Assembly (NCBI GenBank): GCA_009784615.1
Contig: WRBJ01000006.1
Span: forward strand, 5,760 to 69,759
Direction: 5' to 3'
DNA length: 64,000 bases
From: Defluviitaleaceae bacterium
GTDB lineage: Bacteria; Bacillota; Clostridia; Lachnospirales; WRAX01
In this document: in pieces, positions 1-10,185 of the stretch
How positions within the stretch are numbered: the stretch's first letter is position 1
Layout: the number at the start of each line of letters is the position of its first letter
Notes under the pieces: model-generated
Databases searched by the model: none
What the model was told of the DNA's origin: nothing
What the model saw: only the letters and a program-made list of their open reading frames with translations
Program-made: the position numbers and the translations under genes

Positions 1-47
1 TCCAGGTCCCGGGCTAAAACGTGAAGAGAAAGGGGGCGTGAAATAAT

Positions 48-1736
48 ATGTTACCATATTTTGTAATTGTTCCCGTGCTAATGGCAATCTTTCTCTTTAT
101 TTTTACATCAGTTAAATCATCACGGGTTGTCGCTATATTTTTTCAACTAATTTTGGTAGGTTTTTCGGGATATTTGGTGTATCTAACCCGTTCTGAATCT
201 ATTTTAGAATTTGTTGGCTCTACTGATAATTTTCTAAGTATTGTTTTATACGCCTTCGATTTTAACACTATTTTGATAGGCTTAACAACAGTGCTGTTTT
301 TGGTGGTTATTATCTATAACTTTCATCAAGAGCAAGGCAAAATGTTTTGGCTACTTTTGTTCATATGGCAAGCCGTGCTTTTAGGCATTTTGTTATCACG
401 CGATATGTTTAACATCTTCGTAATGATGGAAGTTGCGGGCGTTGTTGTTACTATGTTGATAATGACAAAGCGCAAAACACGCTCTATATACGATGCTATA
501 TTCTACTTGCTTGCAAACGTGCTTGCAGTGCAGTTCTTCCTGCTTGGTATGGCTTATGTTTACCGCTTAACGGGTACATTGGACTTGCATTTGATAGCAG
601 AAAGATTGGCATTAGTGGCGCAAGAAGATGTAACCCAGCTATATTTGCCATATGCTTTGGTAATGACACCAATTGCCTTTAAATGTGCAATGGTGCCAAT
701 GTCCATTTGGGTGCCGAAAGCCCACGGTTCGCCTGGTGCGCCAACTGGTGTATCTGCGATACTTTCTGGTATGTACATCAAATGTGCCGTTTACCTTTTC
801 ATCACCTTCCAAGGGGTTTTTGCTCCTGTGGCAAACCATGCTTTCTTTGTTATTTTGGGTGCGGTTACGGCTATTTCCGGCGCTATTATGGCTATGTCTA
901 ACCACAATGCAAAAGCTATACTTGCCTTCCATACAGTTTCGCAGGTTGGTTTGATAATTTTCGGCGTTTCGTTAGGTATGGGCGACGGTTATTATTCTGA
1001 TTATGCAATGCTTGGCGGTTTGTATCATTTGGTAGCGCATGCGTTGTTTAAATCTACGCTGTTCTTAACAGCAGGCATAATAAAACGCTCTTATGGCTCG
1101 CTGGACGCTTATGTGGTGCGTGGTGTGCTAAAACGTATGCCAATAGTCGGTACGGCAATGGGTCTTGCTATATTAGGCATTATGGGTGCGCCGTTCTTTA
1201 TCGGCTCTATTTCAAAATACTACATCGCTTATGGCAACGACAGGTTTTCGCTGTTTTTCTGGCTTAACATAATTATCGGTCTTGCAACCATCATCAGCTT
1301 TATTAAATATGGTGCGATGTTGTTTGGCAAAGACCCAGGCATAAAAGGAGAACATCCGAAAATTGACAAACCACGCCTTATCTCTGTTTTGATTTGGAGT
1401 ACACTAAGCCTATTTGGTGGTTTGTTTGGTGCGCAATTTATTAACTATTCTTTTGAATCTTATGTTTACAGACAAAGCGCAGGATATGGCGCAACAGCAA
1501 ACGGCTCGCTACTAACAACCTTTACAGGCGATTATATGCTTGGTATGGCGGGGTATTACGAAAAAGCCATTTGGTGGATTCTTTCGGTTGTCGTCGGCTA
1601 CCTATTATTTAGGTATGTGGTTAAGGGCAACAAAGTTCTTAAAAAATTAAGCTATTTGGATATGGGCATAAAAGGCATTGCTACTTGTATATTGGTCTTC
1701 TTCGCCGCACTACTAATATCTGTTGGCTTTATGTAA
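48..1736 (+). CDS. Mrp/Mnh D-like proton-conducting membrane subunit (Na+/H+ antiporter or membrane hydrogenase complex)
   Basis: Polytopic membrane protein with DMFNIFVMME, FKCAMVPMSIWVPKAH, KAILAFHTVSQVG and HALFKSTLFL motifs of the Proton_antipo_M family; probably the last gene of an operon that starts upstream of the window. Confidence 0.85.
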   Translation: MLPYFVIVPVLMAIFLFIFTSVKSSRVVAIFFQLILVGFSGYLVYLTRSESILEFVGSTDNFLSIVLYAFDFNTILIGLTTVLFLVVIIYNFHQEQGKMFWLLLFIWQAVLLGILLSRDMFNIFVMMEVAGVVVTMLIMTKRKTRSIYDAIFYLLANVLAVQFFLLGMAYVYRLTGTLDLHLIAERLALVAQEDVTQLYLPYALVMTPIAFKCAMVPMSIWVPKAHGSPGAPTGVSAILSGMYIKCAVYLFITFQGVFAPVANHAFFVILGAVTAISGAIMAMSNHNAKAILAFHTVSQVGLIIFGVSLGMGDGYYSDYAMLGGLYHLVAHALFKSTLFLTAGIIKRSYGSLDAYVVRGVLKRMPIVGTAMGLAILGIMGAPFFIGSISKYYIAYGNDRFSLFFWLNIIIGLATIISFIKYGAMLFGKDPGIKGEHPKIDKPRLISVLIWSTLSLFGGLFGAQFINYSFESYVYRQSAGYGATANGSLLTTFTGDYMLGMAGYYEKAIWWILSVVVGYLLFRYVVKGNKVLKKLSYLDMGIKGIATCILVFFAALLISVGFM

Positions 1737-1754
1737 ATCACATCAATGTATCAT

Positions 1755-1784
1755 ACGGGGCGGGCAAATGCTCGCCCCGTGTTT
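1755..1784 (+). terminator. GC-rich hairpin, probable intrinsic terminator
   Basis: acggggcgggca-aa-tgctcgccccgt followed by gttt, just after the stop codon. Confidence 0.65.
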
Positions 1785-1823
1785 ATATAACACATCGGTA
1801 CTTTTAGTCAGGAGAAAAACCTT

Positions 1824-2282
1824 ATGAAAAAAACATTTGCTGACAGAATTATGCCATTCTCATTTATTATATTGGTTGTTGTATCACTTGTTGTTTTTGT
1901 ATATTTTTATGAATCCCCCTTATCAAGACAAGGAAACTTTATAAGGGCATTAGAATTGCCCCATACAATTGAAATGATAGCAATTATAAGCGCAAGGGGC
2001 GACTCTGGCGGAAACAGCAATCGTAGCACTTTGCGCTCTGTAATGCTTGTCAAAACAGAATTGCCTCGGGAAGATATAATTGATGTATTCACAACAGTAG
2101 GATTTAGCACTTGGCTTAATCCGTTTGATATTGACCGAAACCTAGATTATCCAATTATTTCTAAAATTATAGAGCCAAGTAGCTACCAATTCAGTTCTCT
2201 AAGAAATTTTCATTTAATTTTTGATGAATTAATAGATTGTGATACGTTTGATGGGTTTTATTTCATTGAATTTATAAATTAA
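1824..2282 (+). CDS. Hypothetical membrane-anchored protein
   Basis: RBS aggag, N-terminal TM segment, AT-rich composition; no recognisable family. Confidence 0.65.
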   Translation: MKKTFADRIMPFSFIILVVVSLVVFVYFYESPLSRQGNFIRALELPHTIEMIAIISARGDSGGNSNRSTLRSVMLVKTELPREDIIDVFTTVGFSTWLNPFDIDRNLDYPIISKIIEPSSYQFSSLRNFHLIFDELIDCDTFDGFYFIEFIN

Positions 2283-2300
2283 AAAAGGGGGCTTCAAATC

Positions 2301-3692
2301 TTGGATGAAGAAAATAACAATAAACGCGAGTATTTAACGCCACGTGAACAGCAAATGGCGGGTGCTAATCTGCGGAAGCTGGTTTTGACATATTCCATAC
2401 CAACCGTAATTGGTATGTTGGTTTCTGCACTATATGTGGTGGTTGACCGCTTTTTTGTAGCACAAATACCCGGTATTGGCGACGACGCTTTGGCAGGCAT
2501 AACACTTGCCTCGCCTGTTGTGCTTATTCTTGGCTCGGTTTCGCTGCTTATCGGCGTTGGCTCTGCCGCAAAAATTTCTATACGGCTTGGTGAAGGCGAC
2601 CGTGCAGGTGCCGAACGTATTTTGGGCAATTGCTTCACGCTAAACCTAATTTGCTCCATAACGCTGGGTATCATTGCCCTAATCTTTCTTGAGCCTATTT
2701 TGCGTGCTTTCGGTGCGTCTGACGCTACCCTACCTCACGCTTACACATACACTAGCATAAAACTATACGGTGCATTATTTATGTATCTTTCGTGGTCGAT
2801 GAACCACCCAATACGTGCCACGGGCAATGCAAAACGCTTTGCGTCTGCCCAGCTCATCGGCGCAATATCCAATATATTCCTTAACCCACTATTTATTTTT
2901 ACTTTTGATATGGGCATAGCTGGTGCAGGTTGGTCAACTGTGCTTGCACAAAGCCTTTCTGCTATTTGGGTTATGCTTTACTATTTCCGTGGCGACCCAG
3001 CAATACGCATACGCTTAAAAAATATGGTGCCGCATTTAAAAACCATATTAACCATTTTTTCGGTAGGCGTTGCGCCTTTCTTTATGCAAATCCTCGGCTC
3101 TGCCGTTGCTATAATTGCAAATCGTTTTTTAATGCAGCACGGCGGCGATTCTGCCGTGGCGGCTTTTGGCGCAATAGCAGGCGTTACTGCATTATTTGTT
3201 ATGCCTGTTTTTGGTATTGCACAGGGTAGCCAGCCAATTATAGGCTTTAACTACGGCGCAGGCGACTTAGGTCGTGTAAAAACAGGTTATTTTTGGGCGG
3301 CAATTTATGCTGTAAGCATTTGCGTAATTGGGGCAATACTATTAATGACATTTCCACGGCAAATAATGGGGATGTTTGTAGAAGACCCGCAGGCGTTGGA
3401 GATAGGCGCAACAGGTATGCGCATAATGGCGTGGACATTGCCCGTGGCGGCTTTTCAAATGAACGCATCAACCTTCTTTATGTCCATAGGCAAGGCAAAA
3501 TGGTCGGTTCTATTATCTGTAATGCGTCAAGGCGTTTTCCTTATACCGCTATATTTTATTTTGCCGCAATTTATGGGTGTTATGGGCATATGGTGGTCAA
3601 CACCAATAGCAGATATTACCGCATTTTCCGTTGCATTATTGTTAATTTTACGACAAATGAAACAATTGGGCAAAACAATAAAAAATGCTTGA
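2301..3692 (+). CDS. MATE family efflux transporter (MepA-like)
   Basis: About 12 TM helices; motifs ALYVVVDRFFV, NIFLNPLFIF.FDMGIAGAGWST, GSQPIIGFNYGAG. Confidence 0.92.
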   Translation: MDEENNNKREYLTPREQQMAGANLRKLVLTYSIPTVIGMLVSALYVVVDRFFVAQIPGIGDDALAGITLASPVVLILGSVSLLIGVGSAAKISIRLGEGDRAGAERILGNCFTLNLICSITLGIIALIFLEPILRAFGASDATLPHAYTYTSIKLYGALFMYLSWSMNHPIRATGNAKRFASAQLIGAISNIFLNPLFIFTFDMGIAGAGWSTVLAQSLSAIWVMLYYFRGDPAIRIRLKNMVPHLKTILTIFSVGVAPFFMQILGSAVAIIANRFLMQHGGDSAVAAFGAIAGVTALFVMPVFGIAQGSQPIIGFNYGAGDLGRVKTGYFWAAIYAVSICVIGAILLMTFPRQIMGMFVEDPQALEIGATGMRIMAWTLPVAAFQMNASTFFMSIGKAKWSVLLSVMRQGVFLIPLYFILPQFMGVMGIWWSTPIADITAFSVALLLILRQMKQLGKTIKNA

Positions 3693-3752
3693 CAGGATTG
3701 ATAAAATTTGATAAACTATAGATAATTCCTAGTAAAGCGAGGGGAATTGTTG

Positions 3753-4208
3753 ATGAAAATTTCGACAAGAGGAAGATATGGGTTAAAAGTCGTTGTAGAC
3801 ATAGCCCAATATACTACGCCGCAGGCTCGTTGTGTTAGTTTAAAAAGTAGCTCCGAACGCCTTGGTATTTCAGAAAATTATTTAGAACAAATTGTTGCCC
3901 CACTTAAAAAAGCAGATATATTAAAATCTGTGCGTGGTGCTGGTGGCGGGTATTATTTGTCACGCCCAGCGGAAGAGCTTACCGTAGGCGAAATTTTGCG
4001 CATTTTGGAAGGAAGTCTTGCACCTACAGATTGCGCCGCAGGTGATTCTGATGGTTGCGGTGATTCTGATTGTGCAGGTTGCCCATCAAAAGCCGTTTGG
4101 ACAAGTCTTTTTGAAAATATTAATAATGTCGTGGACAATATAACAATTAACGATTTGTTGAAAAACTTTGGCGATGAAAGGAAAGATTTTACAAATGATA
4201 TATCTTGA
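3753..4208 (+). CDS. Rrf2 family transcriptional regulator (IscR/CymR-like)
   Basis: MKISTRGRYGL, YLEQI, SVRGAGGGY motifs; Cys cluster C-x7-C-x4-C-x2-C; directly upstream of nifS-nifU. Confidence 0.92.
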   Translation: MKISTRGRYGLKVVVDIAQYTTPQARCVSLKSSSERLGISENYLEQIVAPLKKADILKSVRGAGGGYYLSRPAEELTVGEILRILEGSLAPTDCAAGDSDGCGDSDCAGCPSKAVWTSLFENINNVVDNITINDLLKNFGDERKDFTNDIS

Positions 4209-5391
4209 CAACGCCGCAACAACGCAGGTTCGGCAAGAAGTGCTTGACGCTATGATAGAATATATGCGTGAAAATTACGCAAACCCGTCCAGCATATATC
4301 AAAACGCAAGCTGTGTAAAGGTTGCAATGGATGTTGCGCGTGAAAAAATAGCACGTGCTATTAATGCCGACCATTCAAACGAGATATTTTTTACAGGCTC
4401 TGGCACAGAAGCTATCAACTGGGCGATAAAATCCATTGCATACGAGCTTTTTGAAAATCGTAAGCATATTATTACAACAGCAATAGAACATCACGCCGTA
4501 CTACACACTTGCAAATACCTTGAAACCGTGGGCTATGATGTTACTTATTTACCTGTGGATGAATATGGAATGGTTACTGCCCAGCAAGTGGCAAATGCCA
4601 TTCGCCCCGACACAATTATGGTTGCGGTTATGATGGCAAATAACGAGGTTGGCACAATAATGCCTGTTGCCGAAATTGGGCAAGCCATCAAAAAAATCAA
4701 CGAAACCCGCAACCGTGAGGATAGAATATATTTCTTCATAGACGCAATACAAGCCGTGGGGCATATTCCTGTAGATGTCAACGAGCTAGGCGTAGATTTG
4801 CTTGCTATAAGCGGGCATAAAATTTATGCTGCAAAGGGTGTTGGTGCGCTATATGTGCGCCGTGGCGTTAAACTAATGCCATTTATACACGGTGGCGGTC
4901 AAGAGCGTGGCCGCCGTGGCGGTACAGAAAATGTGGCGGGCATTGTAGGTATGGGTGTCGCAATAGAGCTTGCAATAAAAGAAATGCAAGCCGAAAACGA
5001 AAAACAAACAGCATTGCGTGATTATTTAATCACCCAAATATTAGAAAAAATACCATACAGCAAACTCAACGGTCATCCTACAAAACGCCTTCCTAGCAAT
5101 GTTAATATAATCTTTGACTATATAGAAGGCGAAGGTATACTGCTAATGCTTGATTTTAACGGCATTTGTGCTTCCAGCGGTTCGGCTTGTACTAGCGGTT
5201 CCCTGGACCCTTCTCACGTGCTGTTAGCAATGGGATTGCCTCACGAAAGAGCTCACGGCTCGTTACGCTTATCTATCGGCAAAGACACAACAAAAGAAGA
5301 CCTCGATAAAGTAATAGATGTATTACCAAAAATAATAGAGCGTTTAAGGCAAATATCCCCATTGTGGGAAGAAAAAGAAGGGGCGATATAA
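4195..5391 (+). CDS. nifS: Cysteine desulfurase NifS/IscS
   Basis: IYLDNAATT, SGHK (PLP lysine) and SSGSACTS (catalytic Cys); start set at ATG 4195 after RBS aagga. Confidence 0.96.
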   Translation: MIYLDNAATTQVRQEVLDAMIEYMRENYANPSSIYQNASCVKVAMDVAREKIARAINADHSNEIFFTGSGTEAINWAIKSIAYELFENRKHIITTAIEHHAVLHTCKYLETVGYDVTYLPVDEYGMVTAQQVANAIRPDTIMVAVMMANNEVGTIMPVAEIGQAIKKINETRNREDRIYFFIDAIQAVGHIPVDVNELGVDLLAISGHKIYAAKGVGALYVRRGVKLMPFIHGGGQERGRRGGTENVAGIVGMGVAIELAIKEMQAENEKQTALRDYLITQILEKIPYSKLNGHPTKRLPSNVNIIFDYIEGEGILLMLDFNGICASSGSACTSGSLDPSHVLLAMGLPHERAHGSLRLSIGKDTTKEDLDKVIDVLPKIIERLRQISPLWEEKEGAI

Positions 5392-5822
5392 TGTACACCG
5401 AAAAAGTAATGGATTATTTTATGAATCCTCGCAATATGGGCGAAATTGAAGATGCTTCTGCCGTTGGTTTGGTAGGCAATGCCAAATGCGGCGATATTAT
5501 GAAGATGTTTTTGGACATCGACGATGAAACAGGTATTATCCGTAATGCAAAATTTAAAACTTTCGGTTGTGGTGCGGCGGTTGCCACATCTTCTATCTCT
5601 ACCGAAATGATAATTGGCAAAACCATCCACGAAGCTCTAGCTGTAACCAATGCTTCTGTAACAGAAGCCCTAGATGGCTTGCCGCCGCTAAAAGTCCACT
5701 GTTCTGTTTTAGCAGAAGAAGCAATCCGTTCTGCTTTGTGGGACTACGCACAAAAAAAGGGCATAACTATAGAAGGATTAGAAGAACCAAAAACCACCGA
5801 CCATCACAATCACGATGTATAA
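5391..5822 (+). CDS. nifU: Fe-S cluster scaffold NifU/IscU
   Basis: NPRNMGEI, CGD, FKTFGCGAA, LPPLKVHCS; start overlaps the nifS stop (TAATG). Confidence 0.96.
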   Translation: MYTEKVMDYFMNPRNMGEIEDASAVGLVGNAKCGDIMKMFLDIDDETGIIRNAKFKTFGCGAAVATSSISTEMIIGKTIHEALAVTNASVTEALDGLPPLKVHCSVLAEEAIRSALWDYAQKKGITIEGLEEPKTTDHHNHDV

Positions 5823-5828
5823 TAAAGA

Positions 5829-5857
5829 AAACCCCGATTGAAAACCAATCGGGGTTT
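5829..5857. terminator. Bidirectional intrinsic terminator
   Basis: aaaccccgattg-aaaac-caatcggggttt between convergent genes. Confidence 0.85.
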
Positions 5858-5868
5858 ATTCACTATAA

Positions 5869-6075
5869 CTAAATCATTATATCAATATTAGCACCAAGCC
5901 CATCAAAGCCAACGGGCGGCACGGCGGCAGGTATAGCGGCTAAAAGCCCAGCGACCATCTCGCCCGTTTGCTCGGCGTGGTCCATAGCATTGCGCATTAA
6001 CGCCACATTAACCTCTTGCAAAATATTGGATTGTGCCATATTCATCGACAATGTTGCAATAGCCATTGTGTCCAT
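5869..6075 (-). CDS. YjfB family (putative motility) small protein
   Basis: IATLSMNMAQ..LQEVNVALMRNAMD...GLGANIDIMI pattern; RBS gaggtg. Confidence 0.8.
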   Translation of the reverse strand: MDTMAIATLSMNMAQSNILQEVNVALMRNAMDHAEQTGEMVAGLLAAIPAAVPPVGFDGLGANIDIMI

Positions 6076-6147
6076 AATAATCACCTCTTATGTAAAGTAT
6101 ATCACACAGAACAACATAATGCAAGTCTTTTAGGGTAATAATGTTAA

Positions 6148-6175
6148 TGTAAAATGTTTGTAATGCAACCGTAAC
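6148..6175 (+). promoter_or_regulatory. Candidate WalR/OmpR-family direct-repeat box
   Basis: TGTAAA-N5-TGTAAT-N5-CGTAAC; the first two hexamers match TGTWAH-N5-TGTWAH exactly. Confidence 0.5.
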
Positions 6176-6260
6176 ACAAAGTCGGGAACTTCTACGATAC
6201 ACTTGCGTTTATATAGTATAGCCAGTGATACAAGGCAAAAATAAAAAAAGAGGTGTAAAT

Positions 6261-7922
6261 ATGATTAATTTAAGAAAAATTGGAGCAGCGGCGTTGGCAG
6301 GCGTTTTAGCAATATCAGCCGCACCCGTTATGGCAAATGATTTTGTAAATGCGGAAATCGTATTTGGCAACGAAGAAGCGGCAGAAACACGCCCAAACTT
6401 CCTATCATTTAGTGGCGTTATCACAGAAATAAACCCAGCCGAATTTGGGCAAATACACGTACAAAATGCCGAAGGCAGTACGGTCGTCTTTAACTTAAAC
6501 GTCAATACATTTGTGTTAAGCGAAACCGCCTTGGCTGTAGGTTCCGAAGTTACAGGCTTTTATAGTGCAAATGGCATTATGACGTTGCAATATCCGCCGC
6601 ATCACCAAGCAACAGTAATTGCGGCAATACCGCATAATATCATAGTAGACCGCTTTGAAGTGATGGAAAATGGCTCTTTTGTGTCAGCAGGTAACGAGCT
6701 TGTCCTTAATATAAGCGACAGTACGCCAATTATCTTCCAAGATGGCTTGGATGTACGTGAAAATCTGTTCGACCGCACTTTAGAAGAGGTGCTTGACGGG
6801 CGCATTTTGGCAGTAACGTACGACATAGCAAACCGTATGATGCCACCCGGCACAATACCCGCCGATCCAGCCCTTACCATTACCGTGCTTTTTGAAACAG
6901 CCGTACATCTGCCAGGATTTGGCTTTGATATTGAAAATGGCTTCGACATAGGTTTTGTAGATTTTGCGACACCTGATTATCACAACTTTAGCGGCGTGGT
7001 TACGGAAGTAACCGAAATGGAGCATATCACACGTGTTCGTTTAGAAAATGCCGAAGGCGGCATAACCGATTTTAACATAGACCATATGACACACATAATG
7101 GGCGAAACGCCCACAATTGGTGACAATGTGCAAGGCTTCTTTAATATTATGTTGCCTGCTATTATGATATATCCGCCGCAGTATACTGCACGTGTGTTAA
7201 TTAATGGCGAACAAGAAGCTATGTTTACATTTGTGGGGCAGTTTGAAGTAGCGGAAAATGGCTCTTTTATCAGTGATAGCGATATGGGTCTTGTTCTTAA
7301 TATAAATGACGAAACCCCTATTACATTGCCAAATGGTGAAAATGTGCGTGAAATTTTGGGTGAACAGACCCTTGAGGAGTTTCTTAATGGACGTACGCTT
7401 GCCGTAAACTATACCCTATCTAACCGTGCAATGATACCTGGCACTATGCCTGCTGACCCTACGCTTTCTGTTGTGGTTTTATATGTACACGCTGTAACAT
7501 TGCCAGGTCTTGTTGGTGATTTTGATTTAGGCTTTGATAATGAAGATGGGAATATGTGGGCATATAATTATGGTATTTCTGTAAATGGGCGTATGCTTGA
7601 TGCTTTATGGCATTACCAAGATGGCGGTTATTTTGTACCTTTCCGTGCTGTGGTTAATATGTTGGGCTTTGGTGCATCTGTTACTTGGGATGACGAAACC
7701 CGCCATATAGGCGTATCTAACGGCACGCACGAAATTCGTTTTGCCGTAGGCTCTGACAGCTTTATTGTTGGTGAAATGGATGTTGTTTTATCCCATCCTG
7801 CAATTTTAGTGGACGCTACGACCTATGTGCCGTTTAAGTTTTTTCAAGATGTGTTCGGAATGAATAATGCGTGGATGCACGCAGGGCAAATTTTTATTGA
7901 TAATGAAGAAACAATGCAGTAG
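6261..7922 (+). CDS. Secreted protein with two tandem ~170-aa repeats and a C-terminal copper-amine-oxidase-N (stalk) domain
   Basis: Signal peptide; duplicated FSGV.TE...YPP...LVLNI.D.TPI...PGT.PADP block; C-terminal FVPFRAV...VTWD...TYVP motif. Confidence 0.85.
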   Translation: MINLRKIGAAALAGVLAISAAPVMANDFVNAEIVFGNEEAAETRPNFLSFSGVITEINPAEFGQIHVQNAEGSTVVFNLNVNTFVLSETALAVGSEVTGFYSANGIMTLQYPPHHQATVIAAIPHNIIVDRFEVMENGSFVSAGNELVLNISDSTPIIFQDGLDVRENLFDRTLEEVLDGRILAVTYDIANRMMPPGTIPADPALTITVLFETAVHLPGFGFDIENGFDIGFVDFATPDYHNFSGVVTEVTEMEHITRVRLENAEGGITDFNIDHMTHIMGETPTIGDNVQGFFNIMLPAIMIYPPQYTARVLINGEQEAMFTFVGQFEVAENGSFISDSDMGLVLNINDETPITLPNGENVREILGEQTLEEFLNGRTLAVNYTLSNRAMIPGTMPADPTLSVVVLYVHAVTLPGLVGDFDLGFDNEDGNMWAYNYGISVNGRMLDALWHYQDGGYFVPFRAVVNMLGFGASVTWDDETRHIGVSNGTHEIRFAVGSDSFIVGEMDVVLSHPAILVDATTYVPFKFFQDVFGMNNAWMHAGQIFIDNEETMQ

Positions 7923-7935
7923 AATGTATTAATTC

Positions 7936-7968
7936 AAAATGGCGGCAGGTTAACCTACCGCCATTTTT
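7936..7968. terminator. Intrinsic terminator
   Basis: aaaatggcggcagg-ttaa-cctaccgccattttt. Confidence 0.85.
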
Positions 7969-8028
7969 GGGTTTTTAAATTACAGCGCTTCTTATATTGT
8001 TTCTCTACACTCTTCACATAGGTATATT

Positions 8029-9813
8029 TTAGACAAAAATCTGCCCGATTTGATTAATTAACCCGCCAATTACTATCGCAGTTACAACCGTCGAAAGCGT
8101 TATAAAAATTGCTATTTTGGCTTTAAATTCCTTTGCCAAAACTGCAAATACGGATAGACAAGGAATGTACATCAACGCCACAGCACCGCCAACAAAGGCT
8201 TGTAAAGATGTAAGGTCTAATGCCAAAAGCGGCGCAACAGACATTTCTCTGCGTACAATACCTAAAATTAAAGCGGTAACGGCTTCGGCGGGCAACCCCA
8301 ACCAACCGCTGACTATAGGTTGTGCCGCATCTGCTATAATGCCCAAAATGCCGCTTTCTGCAAGCAATGCCGCAAATAATATTGCTATCATCATTGGTCC
8401 TTGCGCATCTTTCAAAAAATGCCGCATGCGGGATAGCAATTTTCTGCCATATGCCCTAGGGCTTGGGATAAGCACATTTGGAACTTCTATTAACAATGGG
8501 TCGACCTTGCCTTTTATAAACTTGCTGGCAATTATTGCTACAACGACAAACAGAACAAAGGAAAACAGCAACATAGCGGGCAACATCCACCAAGCATAAC
8601 CTGCCGTAAGGCTAACTAACGCACCCATTTGTGTTATGCAAGGTATGGCAAAACATATTGCTGTTGCTATAACAATACGTTCTTTGCGGGATGAAGCGGC
8701 ACGACTGCCGATAATCGCCGGCACAGCGCAACCATAGCCCATAAGTATATGTATTAAAGAACCGCCTTGCACGCCTAATTTACGCATTATATTATCAAAC
8801 AAAACGCTAATGCGTGGCAAAAATCCTGTATCTTCTAAAAAAGTGAAGGCAACATAAAACATCAATACAAAAGGAAAGATTATAGCTAGTATCCATTCAA
8901 AAGTGATAACGAATATACCAAATTCGCCCACAAGTATGTTTAAAAACACGCCTTCTGGTATAAAGCTAGAAAACAAATTCTCAAAAAACGGCACAATGAG
9001 GTAGTCAACTAGCATAGTTAGCGGAATGTGCAACCCTTCGCCGCCAAAAAATATTACAGCAATTGTAGCGGCTATAACCAAAAGGGCTATAAAAATACCC
9101 GGAAAAGGCTTTACCATAGCATCGCCCAGCTTGTCCAAAAAGCTAGGTTTTTCGTTTATTTTAAGGCAGGTTTTGCGGCACACTGCTTTTGAAGCTGCCC
9201 AAGCATCGCCGTATTTGTCCATTTGATTTACGTGGCATTTATAGCATTTATCACAATGGGTTTCGGGGCAGCCTTTTGGATTTTTTACAATATCTTCTAA
9301 ATGTTGTCTAATGGTATCTATGCCTTGTTTTTTTGTAGCGATTGCCTCTATAACAGGCGCACCAAGCTCGTCCGAAAGCAATTTTGAATTAACGGCGATG
9401 CCTTTGCGCTCTGCGACGTCCATCAAATTTAATACATAAATAAGCGGCGTTTTATATTTGCGCAAATCTATAGCAAGACGTAAATTACGCTCTAAATTAG
9501 AAGCGTCAAGCACACAGATAATGGCAACCGCACCGCTGTTTGCAAACTGCAAAGCAACTGCTTCTGCTTCCGACGAGGCTTCTTTTAACGAATATGTACC
9601 TGGTACGTCTATTAGTGTGTACTCCTGACCGCCAAGGCTAATATTGCCTTGGGTGAAGCTAACGGTAGAGCCTGCATAGTTTGACGATACAGCGTGTATG
9701 CCAGTAAGCTCTGTAAAAAATACGCTTTTACCTACATTGGGGTTGCCCATTAGCAATATTTTGTTTGGGTTATTAAGCGTCTTATCGTCTAGTTGGGCAT
9801 TGTGGTGATTCAT
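8029..9813 (-). CDS. feoB: Ferrous iron transporter FeoB
   Basis: GNPNVGKS, DVPGTYS and NLMD GTPase motifs; LEDTGFLPR, GYGCAVPA and YIPC gate motifs. Confidence 0.95.
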   Translation of the reverse strand: MNHHNAQLDDKTLNNPNKILLMGNPNVGKSVFFTELTGIHAVSSNYAGSTVSFTQGNISLGGQEYTLIDVPGTYSLKEASSEAEAVALQFANSGAVAIICVLDASNLERNLRLAIDLRKYKTPLIYVLNLMDVAERKGIAVNSKLLSDELGAPVIEAIATKKQGIDTIRQHLEDIVKNPKGCPETHCDKCYKCHVNQMDKYGDAWAASKAVCRKTCLKINEKPSFLDKLGDAMVKPFPGIFIALLVIAATIAVIFFGGEGLHIPLTMLVDYLIVPFFENLFSSFIPEGVFLNILVGEFGIFVITFEWILAIIFPFVLMFYVAFTFLEDTGFLPRISVLFDNIMRKLGVQGGSLIHILMGYGCAVPAIIGSRAASSRKERIVIATAICFAIPCITQMGALVSLTAGYAWWMLPAMLLFSFVLFVVVAIIASKFIKGKVDPLLIEVPNVLIPSPRAYGRKLLSRMRHFLKDAQGPMMIAILFAALLAESGILGIIADAAQPIVSGWLGLPAEAVTALILGIVRREMSVAPLLALDLTSLQAFVGGAVALMYIPCLSVFAVLAKEFKAKIAIFITLSTVVTAIVIGGLINQIGQIFV

Positions 9814-10048
9814 AACAGGCTACCTCCTTAACTGCTATTTGCGTAGCGATGTCTTTGCCAATCGCCACTAAAAATGCATTTTCTACACGCAAAAGCACAG
9901 GACCGCCAAAGGCATAACGCCCTTTAACCGTTACCCTTGTGCCAACCCGCAAGCCTAAATTTTCTAATAAGCTAATGCCAGGCAACGACGCTACCTCAAA
10001 AACACCCTGTTTTTTGGCGGTATATAGGCTTTTAACCCCTGTTGTCAT
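9782..10048 (-). CDS. feoA: FeoA family protein
   Basis: LENLGLRVG..V.V....FGGPV.L.V.....AIG pattern; RBS gaggag; immediately upstream of feoB. Confidence 0.88.
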   Translation of the reverse strand: MTTGVKSLYTAKKQGVFEVASLPGISLLENLGLRVGTRVTVKGRYAFGGPVLLRVENAFLVAIGKDIATQIAVKEVACYESPQCPTRR

Positions 10049-10185
10049 AGTATCTCTCCTCAAATATCCTAGTAATTTAGTCGGTATTACAATCTAATAT
10101 TAACATATGCAAATTTTGTTGTCAACAGTAAATTTTTACATTGGTAAAATCTTTTGTTGAGGTATGTAAGACATCAAGCTCGAAT

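Noticed and set aside
10070-10130. Fur or DtxR box upstream of feoA
   Set aside because: Only a weak ttag-N13-ctaa symmetry; no convincing match to either consensus
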